Program-made: the position numbers and the translations under genes
Shown: piece after piece, positions 32,168-42,500 of the stretch
How the letters are laid out: the number at the start of each line of letters is the position of its first letter
How positions within the stretch are numbered: position 1 is the first letter of the stretch
The notes under the pieces: model-generated
The model's database searches: none
What the model was told of the DNA's origin: nothing
The model's input: the letters and a program-made list of their open reading frames with translations, nothing else
Source: a virus
Taxonomy: Duplodnaviria; Caudoviricetes
Length of the DNA: 64,000 nt
Direction: 5' to 3' (one strand)
IMG/VR virus record: IMGVR_UViG_3300013212_000088
Span: 96,001-160,000 of that record

Positions 32168-32883
32168 TGAATTATATTGTCATTGAGCATAAGAGTGTAG
32201 AAAATACACAAAATATATTAGATTTAGTTGATTATGAAAAAACTGAAATCATTTTGCTCAATGACAAAAAAGTTAGAGGAATCAAAACCAAACTAAAGTC
32301 ACATACACTGAACATTGAAAATCTTTGTTCATTTGTAAAGTTATTAAAGCCCACAGACAAAATCTTGTTTATAGATAACAATGTGGGTTTTATTCTTCCC
32401 AAAAGCATTAATGGTATTTTCTTAAAACATCGCAAAAATCAAATAAGTATTGCATGTCAAAGTAATGGGAATAATGAACTTTACATTGCTCAAGTTATGG
32501 GGTTTATTCCAGATATAGTTACAAAAAATTGGTCTGACGATTATATAGATATAGCAGATTTAAACCACACTGAACTTGAAGAAGAACTTATCACAAACAT
32601 TAATTTTTTACTAGAGTCAAATATATTAGAGTTCTTAAACTTCAATCAATACAAAGTTTACAATATTAATTACAAAGTAAGATCCATTTGTATCTCACCA
32701 AAACTTTTCCTATATACATTTAAAAATAAAAGACCATATAGTTTGCCAGATGTTATTTACAATACACTATTGCAAGACTTTACAAAATATTTAATTTCTG
32801 GCTGTTGGGTATCAGACAATCCACAAATGTATAAGTTTATAAATGAACGTAAAAGATTTGAGAATAGTAATCTCATCATATAA
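32167..32883 (+). CDS. Hypothetical protein in the glycosylation cluster (possibly a degenerate glycosyltransferase)
   Basis: The likely start is the TGATG overlap at 32167, not 32143. ILFIDNN resembles a GT-A metal motif; first gene of the three-gene cluster. Confidence 0.45.
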   Translation: MNYIVIEHKSVENTQNILDLVDYEKTEIILLNDKKVRGIKTKLKSHTLNIENLCSFVKLLKPTDKILFIDNNVGFILPKSINGIFLKHRKNQISIACQSNGNNELYIAQVMGFIPDIVTKNWSDDYIDIADLNHTELEEELITNINFLLESNILEFLNFNQYKVYNINYKVRSICISPKLFLYTFKNKRPYSLPDVIYNTLLQDFTKYLISGCWVSDNPQMYKFINERKRFENSNLII

Positions 32884-33508
32884 AACTTCATACCAAAACT
32901 CTGGCAAAAAATTAATTGAGAGCTTGGTATACGATAACAACTTTAGTTCAGACCAGATTTTATTGGTAATTGGTGGGTATGACAAAAGAGAACAATTTAA
33001 ATATTTAAATTGTAAAGCCATTAAAGTAGCTCACAACTCTTACGATCATACTGGACTAATTGAAGTTATTGAAAGTGAAGAACAATCAAAATACTGGTTT
33101 TCTACTCATGACACTTGTATTGCTGGACCTAATTTTATATCTTCAATATTAAAATACAAAGTTAATAAAGATTTTGTAGCTATGACTGAAATGGGCTGGC
33201 TCAATATGGGGATATTTAGTCAGAGTTTTCTACAAAAAAACAAGTCATTTATACTATCCCTTAAGAATTGTTCAAAAATAAGAGCAATTTTAAGTGAAAA
33301 AACATTCACTCGATTAGGAGATTATCAATTTTTAACACAAAATTCTAAAGTTCACCGCTCAATTGAAAACCAGAATATTTACGAAGACGATAAAAAAAGA
33401 AATGTTTTGTATTTTGAAGAGCTAGATTTCTATAAATATCAAAGTTACATAGCTGTGTCTATTATGAAACCAAACTTTTCAGAGCACAAAAAAGAGGAAC
33501 TGTTCTAA
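32843..33508 (+). CDS. Glycosyltransferase-like protein (GT-A fold)
   Basis: LRIVISSY..LIESL..ILLVIGGY..NSYDHTGLI..YWFSTHDT, a GT-A layout with HDT at the DxD position. Confidence 0.55.
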   Translation: MNVKDLRIVISSYKTSYQNSGKKLIESLVYDNNFSSDQILLVIGGYDKREQFKYLNCKAIKVAHNSYDHTGLIEVIESEEQSKYWFSTHDTCIAGPNFISSILKYKVNKDFVAMTEMGWLNMGIFSQSFLQKNKSFILSLKNCSKIRAILSEKTFTRLGDYQFLTQNSKVHRSIENQNIYEDDKKRNVLYFEELDFYKYQSYIAVSIMKPNFSEHKKEELF

Positions 33509-35097
33509 TGTTTTTAGATGAACTAACTCCAGAACGTGCTTTGATATCTCATGGTTATTTAGGAACAAAAGGAGATATGGGTTACCCAATTATCCCTTCA
33601 ATAAACGGAACTAACTTCAATAGATGTTTAAGTGCTCATGCAAGCTCAATACTCAAATACAAACTATCCAAAAAATACAAATCATTCCATACATACATCG
33701 GTCTAAATGATTCATCTTCAGTTGATGCAAGAGTAGTTTTTCAAATACTATGTGATTCAGGAATTGTTTATGAAAGTTCTGAAATAAAACCATATGACAA
33801 AATAATTCCAATTGAAATAAGTTTAGAAGATTGTGAGTATTTAGAATTAAGATGCATAAACAAAGGAAACGATTTTGCTCATTCTGTTTGGATTAACCCG
33901 CAGATAAATGAAGAAAAACTAAAAGTATTTACTGGGCCATTTAACAATTCAAAAGCGCACTTAGATTTTGAAAAAAGAAAGTCTAATATAGCAGTAGTTT
34001 TGTTTGCTACAGAAAATGTGTCTCAATATCTTTACACTTTTATAAAATCATTCAAAACAAACTCAAAGCTAGAAGATTATGAAATATACATCACATGCCC
34101 AGACAATTCAAGTACAGTAAAAAATATTGCAAAACACTTTGATTGTGTTTTTGTAAGACTAGAGGCAACTTTAAATTACCCCATCAAATCTCCTGTGGAC
34201 TTGAAAGATGCTTCTTATTTTATTGCACGACACATAGATTGTAACTTTGTAATAATTTCAGATATAGACATTATCATAAATGGAGACTTAAATCCAAGTT
34301 TAATTGAAAATAAGATTGGTATTTGTAGAGATTACAATACTGAGCAATTTACTTTTGGCCAGTTAGTTGAAACAGAGTGGAGCGCTTACAGTGGCAACGA
34401 GAAGAGTAAAGAACTTTTAAAATTGAGCGAAGATGAGTTTAAAAACAAATCAATTATTAATTGTGGATATGTTACTGCTGACAAAAAAACGTTAAGCAGT
34501 TTAGATTCAGAATTAAGGAAAATGTTGCCATTCTCCCAATTTTATTTGTTTGACTGTAATGGATCATTCTGCAGAGAACAAGCCCTTATAAATCTAGGAT
34601 TGATCAGATCTAACAATTTTGAAATACTAGAGGATAACTTTAATCACCAATTATTACATGCTGATCCAAATAATTCATCTGTAATCCACTTGAATGGAAA
34701 AGAAAGTAAACAAAAATATAAATATTTAATTGATGAATGGCTAGATCTTAAGTTTGAAGATCTAAAAATATCGATCATAGATAAAGAAATAAAAGATAAA
34801 AATAAAATACTTAATTGGACACATGAGCATATAAAACATTCAATAAAATTAGATTTTAATGATTTTATATCAGCTAAAAAAATAATTAACGAAGCGTTTG
34901 ACTTAGTATTTATTGATCTAAGAAGAGATTTATCTAACCTAAAAATTGTCATGCATCTTATTGAAAAACATCTTGAAAAAGGAAAAGTGATTGGTCTTTG
35001 CTCTAATCAAGAATACAAGAACTTACAAACAATTCAATGTAATTACGAAATTATTGGAGAACATGGGAAAGTATTGCTGGTCCATATTAAAAAATAA
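33508..35097 (+). CDS. NPCBM/NEW2 carbohydrate-binding domain fused to a GT8-like glycosyltransferase
   Basis: N-terminal HASSILKYKL..FHTYIGLND..VVFQI..HSVWINPQ (NPCBM). Central VIISDIDII (DxD), INCGYV, REQALIN and FNHQ (GT8-like motifs). C-terminal FDLVFID remnant. Confidence 0.75.
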   Translation: MFLDELTPERALISHGYLGTKGDMGYPIIPSINGTNFNRCLSAHASSILKYKLSKKYKSFHTYIGLNDSSSVDARVVFQILCDSGIVYESSEIKPYDKIIPIEISLEDCEYLELRCINKGNDFAHSVWINPQINEEKLKVFTGPFNNSKAHLDFEKRKSNIAVVLFATENVSQYLYTFIKSFKTNSKLEDYEIYITCPDNSSTVKNIAKHFDCVFVRLEATLNYPIKSPVDLKDASYFIARHIDCNFVIISDIDIIINGDLNPSLIENKIGICRDYNTEQFTFGQLVETEWSAYSGNEKSKELLKLSEDEFKNKSIINCGYVTADKKTLSSLDSELRKMLPFSQFYLFDCNGSFCREQALINLGLIRSNNFEILEDNFNHQLLHADPNNSSVIHLNGKESKQKYKYLIDEWLDLKFEDLKISIIDKEIKDKNKILNWTHEHIKHSIKLDFNDFISAKKIINEAFDLVFIDLRRDLSNLKIVMHLIEKHLEKGKVIGLCSNQEYKNLQTIQCNYEIIGEHGKVLLVHIKK

Positions 35098-35099
35098 AA

Positions 35100-36446
35100 A
35101 TGAAAGAACTAGAAGTACAAAAATATCTAAGATCAGGAAAAACTCTGATCAACTTGAAACAAGAATATAAAATTGATTTTACAGTCAATACCGAACAAAA
35201 CTCTGCGGTATTGAACTACAGTCCGTTAACCCCTATGGGAACAGAAATTGGCAAAGAGAGCAGAGCTTTAATTCTAAATCTTGATAATTGGAATGTTATA
35301 GCCAAATCAATGAATGCTTTCGATGTACCTACTAGCCTAAAAACACCTGAAATTATCAAGGATTTTAACTGGAATAGTGCTTTTGCAATCACTAAGTATG
35401 ATGGATGTTTAATGGTGCTGTATTTTCATCAAAATCAATGGTTGGTAGGGACAAGATTTTCTACAGATAGTAATTGTAATGTTTACTCTCCAAACTCAGG
35501 GGAATCAGAATTGAAATGGATTGATTTGTTTAAACAAACACTTCAAGACTATGGATACTCATTTCAAGACTTTACCAATAATCTCTCTTCAGACAAATAT
35601 TACAGCTTTGAACTTTGTAGTAGATATAACAGAAATATTGTAATTTACGAAGAATCTATAATCAAAATAATTTCAATTGTTGATTCATCAACTCTAAACG
35701 AGATTGATATTGATAGCTTTCACTTACAAGAGTTTTTACCTAAAAAGATTAAAGTTGATAATTTGAATAGTGTTTATGACTTAATCAAACAAAATGACAA
35801 TCCAATTGAAGTAGAGGGATTTGTAGTAGTCGATTTTAATTTTAAAAGATTAAAAGTTAAGAATGATAAATACACTAATTTAGGATTTAAAAACTACAGT
35901 ACAGATGATGTAGAAGCACTTAAAGAATACGCTTCAATAATTTTGACAACACCAAGTATTACAGAATGGTATTGCGTTACATGTAACCCTAATCCTGGGT
36001 TTGGAAGTCCTTCTAACAATTGTGTCGAAGTTCCAATCGGAGAAAACTTATTTTTCGCTCCTGAACAAAATTGTATTGTGACCGGTCCTTTTTCAACATC
36101 AGTAGAATGTACAAACTCTTGTTTAGGCATTGATGGCAATGAAGGTGGACCACTAAGTATTCAATCAAACAAAATGTGCGCTACTCAATGGAGTCCTAAA
36201 AACCAATCAATTAGAGAACCTGTTGGATTAATAAATCAATTTGTAGAAATGCTCAATTGGTTTAACAATTCATTCAATGAGTTTCAAAAGACTAACAATG
36301 AAAGTATTAGAGATTTACTAATTTCTATTTGGGAATATGCTTTCTTTCAATTACAAGAAGGAAAGAGTATTAGTGAAATTATTAATTCTTCTTCTGAAGT
36401 AGATCAAATCTTAGCTTTAGAGAAATTTGAACAATTAGTAAATTAA
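35100..36446 (+). CDS. T4 Rnl1-like RNA ligase with a Cys-rich insertion
   Basis: Nucleotidyltransferase motifs: KYDG (I), FELCS..NRNIV (III), EGFVV (IV), LKVK (V). Also an ESRALIL..NWNVIAK Rnl1 N-terminal signature. Confidence 0.85.
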   Translation: MKELEVQKYLRSGKTLINLKQEYKIDFTVNTEQNSAVLNYSPLTPMGTEIGKESRALILNLDNWNVIAKSMNAFDVPTSLKTPEIIKDFNWNSAFAITKYDGCLMVLYFHQNQWLVGTRFSTDSNCNVYSPNSGESELKWIDLFKQTLQDYGYSFQDFTNNLSSDKYYSFELCSRYNRNIVIYEESIIKIISIVDSSTLNEIDIDSFHLQEFLPKKIKVDNLNSVYDLIKQNDNPIEVEGFVVVDFNFKRLKVKNDKYTNLGFKNYSTDDVEALKEYASIILTTPSITEWYCVTCNPNPGFGSPSNNCVEVPIGENLFFAPEQNCIVTGPFSTSVECTNSCLGIDGNEGGPLSIQSNKMCATQWSPKNQSIREPVGLINQFVEMLNWFNNSFNEFQKTNNESIRDLLISIWEYAFFQLQEGKSISEIINSSSEVDQILALEKFEQLVN

Positions 36447-36565
36447 TATATAAAGGTTAAATTTATTTCTTTTATATAATCTTTATAGTATTAATACTAA
36501 TTATTCTATTTAATAGAATTCCCTTAATTATCGGGTGTAAAAAAAAAGAAAAAGTTGGAGCAATT

Positions 36566-36994
36566 ATGACTAGTAACATTAAATCAGCATTAAAGAACAT
36601 TAAGCCTAAAGTGGCTTCCAAATCAGGCATCACTCAAAGAGTTGCTCAGATGATGGACGAGATGAACCAATTTGATGCAATGGGCGCAGCAGACATGATG
36701 GGTGGGTTAGATAAGCTTGAAACAAACAATTCTGTCTTGATGAATGACCCACAACAATATGGCAGCCCAAACATTTCAAAGTATGCATTACCAAGAGAAG
36801 ATAACAGCGTTCAAACAGATGACAATTACACAATTCACACATTCAAGATTGACATTAAAACTCCAAAGGGTGACATGTTCCCAAAATCAGATGTAATGAA
36901 AGCTGTTGGCGATGCTGTTGAAGGTTTGGGTAATATGGAAGTGATGGGCTTTTCATATCAAAAGGCAGATAAGGAAAGCTCCAAGAAATCGTAG
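36566..36994 (+). CDS. Hypothetical protein (Met-rich; IKSA, KVAS and RVAQ motifs)
   Basis: 142 aa, SD GGAG. Confidence 0.65.
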   Translation: MTSNIKSALKNIKPKVASKSGITQRVAQMMDEMNQFDAMGAADMMGGLDKLETNNSVLMNDPQQYGSPNISKYALPREDNSVQTDDNYTIHTFKIDIKTPKGDMFPKSDVMKAVGDAVEGLGNMEVMGFSYQKADKESSKKS

Positions 36995-37003
36995 GAGCCA
37001 TAA

Positions 37004-37564
37004 ATGTCGGAAGAAGATATCAAGAAACTTCGCCACTCGTTCACAAACCCTTTTAGAGAAGATTTACCAAAGCCCAAAATCAATCAGTTTGGCCATACAA
37101 TTTTGACCGACAATGATATTTGTGAGTTAGATCTTTCCGAGTTTAAAATAGAGCAAAATCCTGATGGTTCTGTATCATTAAACAAGCCCTTAATGCAGAA
37201 CTTTATGGATACTTATGTTCAGCAAGCTAAGCCTGAATCTGAAAATTCTGAAGTGTTTGTAAATCCAATTGAAAATGACTTACTAACAAAGCTAATTTCA
37301 GAACTTGACGATATGAAAGAAGATAAATCAAAACCTTTCATCTCCAAACCTAATAGTAAGACAACAGTAGATAAGAAAGATAGCGTTCAGAAACCAGAAG
37401 ATTTTAAGAGCTGCTTTAATAAAGATTGTATGTATTGCTTACCCATAGATGCTAAATACTGTCTTAAATGTGGTACTGCTCAAATGCCAAAGTATTGCAC
37501 TGAATGTGGTTACAGTTTTCCAGGAATGGAAAAGTTCTGCCCCGACTGTGGAACAAAAAGATAG
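37004..37564 (+). CDS. Double zinc-ribbon (DZR) protein
   Basis: C-terminal CFNKDC..KYCLKCG..KYCTECG..KFCPDCG; SD AGGAG. Confidence 0.8.
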   Translation: MSEEDIKKLRHSFTNPFREDLPKPKINQFGHTILTDNDICELDLSEFKIEQNPDGSVSLNKPLMQNFMDTYVQQAKPESENSEVFVNPIENDLLTKLISELDDMKEDKSKPFISKPNSKTTVDKKDSVQKPEDFKSCFNKDCMYCLPIDAKYCLKCGTAQMPKYCTECGYSFPGMEKFCPDCGTKR

Positions 37565-37597
37565 GTACTGACAACATTTTTCAAGAAAATCTAGATT

Positions 37598-38284
37598 ATG
37601 AAACGTACATGGTATCAAACTGCTAAACAATGCACAGCTCTAAGAAAGAGCACTCTTAGGGTTGACCTTGCCGTTTTCATCGATGATGAACAGTCATTTA
37701 CTTCTGAAAACGTTTTGATGTCTACAGTCAAATCATTTCTTACGGCAGCAATTGTTAAAGGAATTGATGTCATTGGAATACTTTCTGCAGTCAATCCAAA
37801 TGCTGGATGGATTGCTTGGCAAATGGCTATTGACCAACAAATGGATATTGCAGTCTTGCCTGGACAAGTTTACAAATGCCTTGAAGGCGAAGTAATCTAT
37901 GTCTACAAAATAAAAGAAACGATGAAATCAGGTTTAGATTTAGCTAAAGCTTGTGCTTATGCACACAAAATTGGTGGATATGTAATAGCTACTAATTTAT
38001 CAAAACAAAAAGCTTCTGAGTTAGATAAACTTCAAGGAAGTGTTTACTCACCTGATGGAGTGGAAGTTTACAACCAAAAAAATGGAAGTTTTAGAGACAT
38101 AGATATTAATTTACCGAAGTTTGTTACCTCAGCTTCAACTTCGGCAAATGGCTTGGAACAGTCAAATACTTTTAGCTTAATTGAAAGAAAAGAAGCAGAG
38201 AGAATTGGATTATTAGCGCCAAATCAAGGTATAGACTTTGAACCTAAATATTTAAAGCCAAAATCTGGAGTACCAAATGCCTAG
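37598..38284 (+). CDS. PHP-fold protein lacking the metal-binding residues
   Basis: The PHP barrel spacing is retained (LRVDLAVF..AIVKGIDVIGILS..IAVLPGQ..AHKIGGYVIAT..DGVEVYN), but the HxH, TDH, GxE and AHP ligands are replaced. Confidence 0.6.
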   Translation: MKRTWYQTAKQCTALRKSTLRVDLAVFIDDEQSFTSENVLMSTVKSFLTAAIVKGIDVIGILSAVNPNAGWIAWQMAIDQQMDIAVLPGQVYKCLEGEVIYVYKIKETMKSGLDLAKACAYAHKIGGYVIATNLSKQKASELDKLQGSVYSPDGVEVYNQKNGSFRDIDINLPKFVTSASTSANGLEQSNTFSLIERKEAERIGLLAPNQGIDFEPKYLKPKSGVPNA

Positions 38285-38771
38285 AGCCTATTGCACAACG
38301 TCTGATGTCAAACAATATCTTCCACCTAATGTTGTGGCGGAAGGGGATAATCCAACCCCCAATTTTAGAAATCCAGCTCCAGAAACTGCTACAAACATCG
38401 ATTTAGATTTTTTTATTGAACAGGCTTCATCACAAATTGACGCTAACTTGTCAATTCAATATGATGTACCGTTGAAGCAAATGAATCTTGGTGGAGATTT
38501 GTCATATCCTCACCCTATTCCAGTTATTTGTGCAATCTTAGCTGCTCAGATGTATTATTCACAAGCATTACAGGGAGCTGATAGACAATTTTCAGAAGCT
38601 CAAAAAGATAGGTTTGAATGGGCAATGAATGAATTAGTCAGAATACAAAACGGTGAAATAAGATTGTTTGGTCAGAGAAATACACGAGGAGATAGATTCG
38701 TAAGGTCTACTCTAAGAGGAATACCTACTAACCCTAGAAAAGATGGCTCTTCAAAGGGTAAAAGTCAATAA
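38277..38771 (+). CDS. Mu gp36-like (DUF1320) head-tail connector
   Basis: YCTTSDV..IEQASSQIDANL..YDVPL..PIPVICAILAA..RFEWAMNELVRIQNGEIRL fits the family pattern. Confidence 0.8.
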   Translation: MPRAYCTTSDVKQYLPPNVVAEGDNPTPNFRNPAPETATNIDLDFFIEQASSQIDANLSIQYDVPLKQMNLGGDLSYPHPIPVICAILAAQMYYSQALQGADRQFSEAQKDRFEWAMNELVRIQNGEIRLFGQRNTRGDRFVRSTLRGIPTNPRKDGSSKGKSQ

Positions 38772-38780
38772 GGTTAAAAA

Positions 38781-39557
38781 ATGGTTGAACGAATATATGA
38801 CACACTTAAAGGCATACTATACAATGATCTTCCAAAAAATGCTAAAGATCAGGTTGTCGTATATGATCGTCCGATAATTGGCTGGTACTTTGGAGACAGA
38901 GATGTTAAACCATCTAGTTTGTCATTAATTTTTTATGGCACTTCTACTCCTTTAAAAGACGTATCTTTAGGACTACAAGAATACGAGCATAAGATCACAG
39001 TTGGTGTTGATGCTGGTGCTGATAATGTTGAGCTATCAGAAAGACTTGTCCTTGAAGCAACTAGATTAGTACTAAGTGTTTTAAGAAGACATAGGAGGAT
39101 GTGGGTTTTAGAGCCATGTCCTATTTGCGGAAAGTTTATGCTGTCTCCTCAACACTACGCTATAGATCATAATGCAATTTTTTCATCTTATTCTGCTGCT
39201 GCTCAAACAAACTTTGATAATCAGTGGGCTGAAACCCATGATGCGTCAGTTTCTGCACCAACACTGCCATCTTCAGGTTTAGCTGCAGAATCATTTTTAA
39301 GAGTTTACGAAGCTGTTGGAGCAGGAACCACTGTCTCAGGTTTGAACACTACAGCACGTAAAAATATCCAACAAATGCAAAATGACTATGTTGATCCAAT
39401 AAGAATACTTTACGATATTACATGTAGTGATGTAAAACCATCCGATGATGGCAGGTCTCAAGCTTTGTTAAAAAATGGAACCATTACTGTTACTGCAAAA
39501 GAATTGGTAAAACAAACTATATACGGTCCTGATAATGTACCTACTACAGCATTCTAA
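38781..39557 (+). CDS. Probable tail terminator/completion protein with a C2H2-like insertion
   Basis: Follows the connector gene; YEHKITVGV..LVLEATRLVLSVLRR pattern; CPICG...H...H insertion. Confidence 0.5.
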   Translation: MVERIYDTLKGILYNDLPKNAKDQVVVYDRPIIGWYFGDRDVKPSSLSLIFYGTSTPLKDVSLGLQEYEHKITVGVDAGADNVELSERLVLEATRLVLSVLRRHRRMWVLEPCPICGKFMLSPQHYAIDHNAIFSSYSAAAQTNFDNQWAETHDASVSAPTLPSSGLAAESFLRVYEAVGAGTTVSGLNTTARKNIQQMQNDYVDPIRILYDITCSDVKPSDDGRSQALLKNGTITVTAKELVKQTIYGPDNVPTTAF

Positions 39558-39559
39558 AA

Positions 39560-42500
39560 ATGAGCAAAACAACAAGAACTGGGATAGAAATCTTAGCAAA
39601 TACAATTGGAAGATCTAAGAATAAGATTAAAGACTCTTTTGGTAATTTAACTAAAAGAAGAGGCTTTAATTTGAAAGCCGAAAGTACATTTACCAGAATT
39701 AAAACTTCTAATACTTTTCACGACTATGATTTAGCCTCGAAATCCACCGATGGGTATTCAGACCCTGAGTTTTTAACTTATGATGTAGAGGATCCAATTG
39801 GTTTTGGTATTCAGGGCGGAGAGATTGCTGTCAATCCCAAACTTACATATCCTTTTCCAATTTATTCTGCAGGAACTTGGAATCCATCTTATGATGGACC
39901 TCCATCATTAGAAGGCTGGAATGTTTGGCTTTATAACGGATGGGAAGATTATATCCCACCACATATGTATGATTCAGTAAGAACTTCAAATACAAGTTTT
40001 TATGCTCCTTATGGTGGAGAATATACTGGTAAATCCTCTTCTGTTAGAAATGCAGTAAGCGCAGCTAGAGCAACATTATCGGGCCCTCACAAATACAATG
40101 GTAATTATTCTTTACCACTTAACTTAGCAGATTATGTTCAAGTACCTAAATTTGAAAATTCTAGATGGATTTCACTTCGTAATACATATGGGACAAATAT
40201 TGATCGTGATGGTGATTTAGCCGATCCATTAGACGGAGGTTCACTATCTAAAAATATTAAAGTTAAATTACATAAAGATGTTTTAACTGGATTCAAACTT
40301 ATTGATCCAAGGGCTGATGAACCTCAAGATATCAAGCTTATGTATCACAATAATTTAATTCAAAATTTTACTTCCTCATGGCAATCTGTTACATTACCAA
40401 CAGATTACACATCGCTAACTTATCTTGACTTTAAAATATATCCATACAATGCTTTTATCGAAGACAATTTAAACTTTGATCAGACTGTAAACTCTGAAGA
40501 CTATTGGATTCTTGAAATAAATCTTCCTAGCTCTTCAGGATTCACTTGGACAAATGATTATTTTTGGCACATAGCAATATATTGGAACTCAACCGATAAT
40601 TTAACTCAAAACTCACATACATCTTGGGAATTTGATTTACTGTCCTTTGATATGGAAGATATTGCAATTGACAGTACTGATGGATCCATTGATGTTGCCA
40701 GCTCTGACTTATTGATTTGGAACAAAAAAAGCTTCTTCAAACAAAATATAACAAATTGTCTTAGTTATGAAAAGACTGGATATTTTGATCAAAATGTTTA
40801 TTTGATCTCTAAAGACAAAACTCTTTTTGAGTTTAAAGACGGAGAATACTCTGATCCACAAGCGCCTTTTAGATATTCACTTTCAGACACTATTCCCGCA
40901 GCTCCAAAAGGCGAAACCACATCGCTTGTTGGATATAATATTCCTGCCAAAAATCAGATATTTCCGGTATTAATTTGCAGTAAAAACTTAGGCTCGCAAT
41001 TTGACACTCCAACTGCTAACTACTTCATATTTGAAGGTGATGCTTGTGATAGAGAGTGTATATCTGACTTTACTGATTTTGATAATTATCCAACGGTAAA
41101 TAATGATTACGATGTTCTTTTTAGATGTATTTTAACAAGACCGGTAGATGAAGTGTTTGATGTCAAACAGACATCAACTTTGGTAAATGCTGATTTTAGA
41201 ATATTAACTGCAGATGGTATTAGATTTAACTACACAGATATTTTAAATACATCTAGTGTTGTTTACATAGAAAAGATTGCGATTAATTTTTCTAAATATG
41301 TTTCACAAGATTCTGATGTTGCAGAGTTACTAGTACCTTCATTTTATAGATTTTTAGATAATTTAAGAAATAACGATTACTCTTTTACTTATGACAATTT
41401 GACTAGAGCAATTATTCCAGATTCAATACGTCTTGTGTTTGCCAATATAAATGAGCTTTTATCAATCTCAACATTAGATCAATTTAATTATCAAAACATA
41501 ATTCATTTCTTACTTAAAAAGCCAACAGATGCATTAGTCAAAAACCCTAATTTTGAACCTAGAGGAATACAATTTAGTTATGATAGTATTGAAAATCTTA
41601 CAGATCTTTTTGTTCAAGTACCTAGCACAAATTTGGCAATCCTAACTTGTGATAATCTTAAAAATTATAATTTGAAGTTACCACTAGCTTCTAGTTTTGA
41701 AGTTTACCAAGAACTTTCTTTGTTATGTGAAGCTATTGACCCTAATATATCTGGTAACAAAATTGGACTAGACTACACATTCAAGCTTTCTTTAGAAGAT
41801 GAGAATCAGAATATTCTTAAAAAAGATTTGTACCTAAATGCTTCCAAGTTCTTCTTGTCTGATGAAGATTACAATAAAAGAGTTTTAAAAGGACAATCCG
41901 TTATTGGTTATTACAAAACAGGAACTGACGAAGAAAAGGCAGCGAAAGCAGATGGAACATTAGAAACAATTCCTGATTACTATCTCTATGGTTATGCTGG
42001 TTGTATTCCAGATTTATCTATGGAAAAAGCTAAGCCAATTCAAACAAGGGTTGTTGGTAGTGATAAACAAGAAGGCCAAACAAGAGAACAGTTTATTGCT
42101 TCTTTACCTGAAGGGCAAGACGTTGATGAAGCGCTTGCAAATTATGAAGGTGAGTTTATTGAAATTAATTTGAATAAATATCCTGAAAAATGGGTGTCAA
42201 TCAAAGAAATTGGAATGACAACTTCTAAGTTTACATTTGATACAAACCCATACTGGAATGTTAATTTTTATGGGTTAATTGGCGGAAATGGTAAATCTCA
42301 AAACTTACAACAGGCAGACGATTATTATCCATACTCAAGAGATAATGTAGTTGCAGATTCTTTTACTATTTCTGACAAGGGTTTAGATACTGCTGATAAT
42401 TCAATTCAAGTTATAGAAAATATTTACAGCCAGGAAACTGAATATGACAATACTTATTATTCACAAGTATCTTCAACAACCGGATTGGCAGTAACAAACA

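Noticed and set aside
34750-35097. C-terminal methyltransferase domain in the NPCBM-GT8 protein
   Set aside because: Only an FDLVFID fragment is visible and there is no glycine-rich SAM-binding motif I, so it is not called as a functional methyltransferase.
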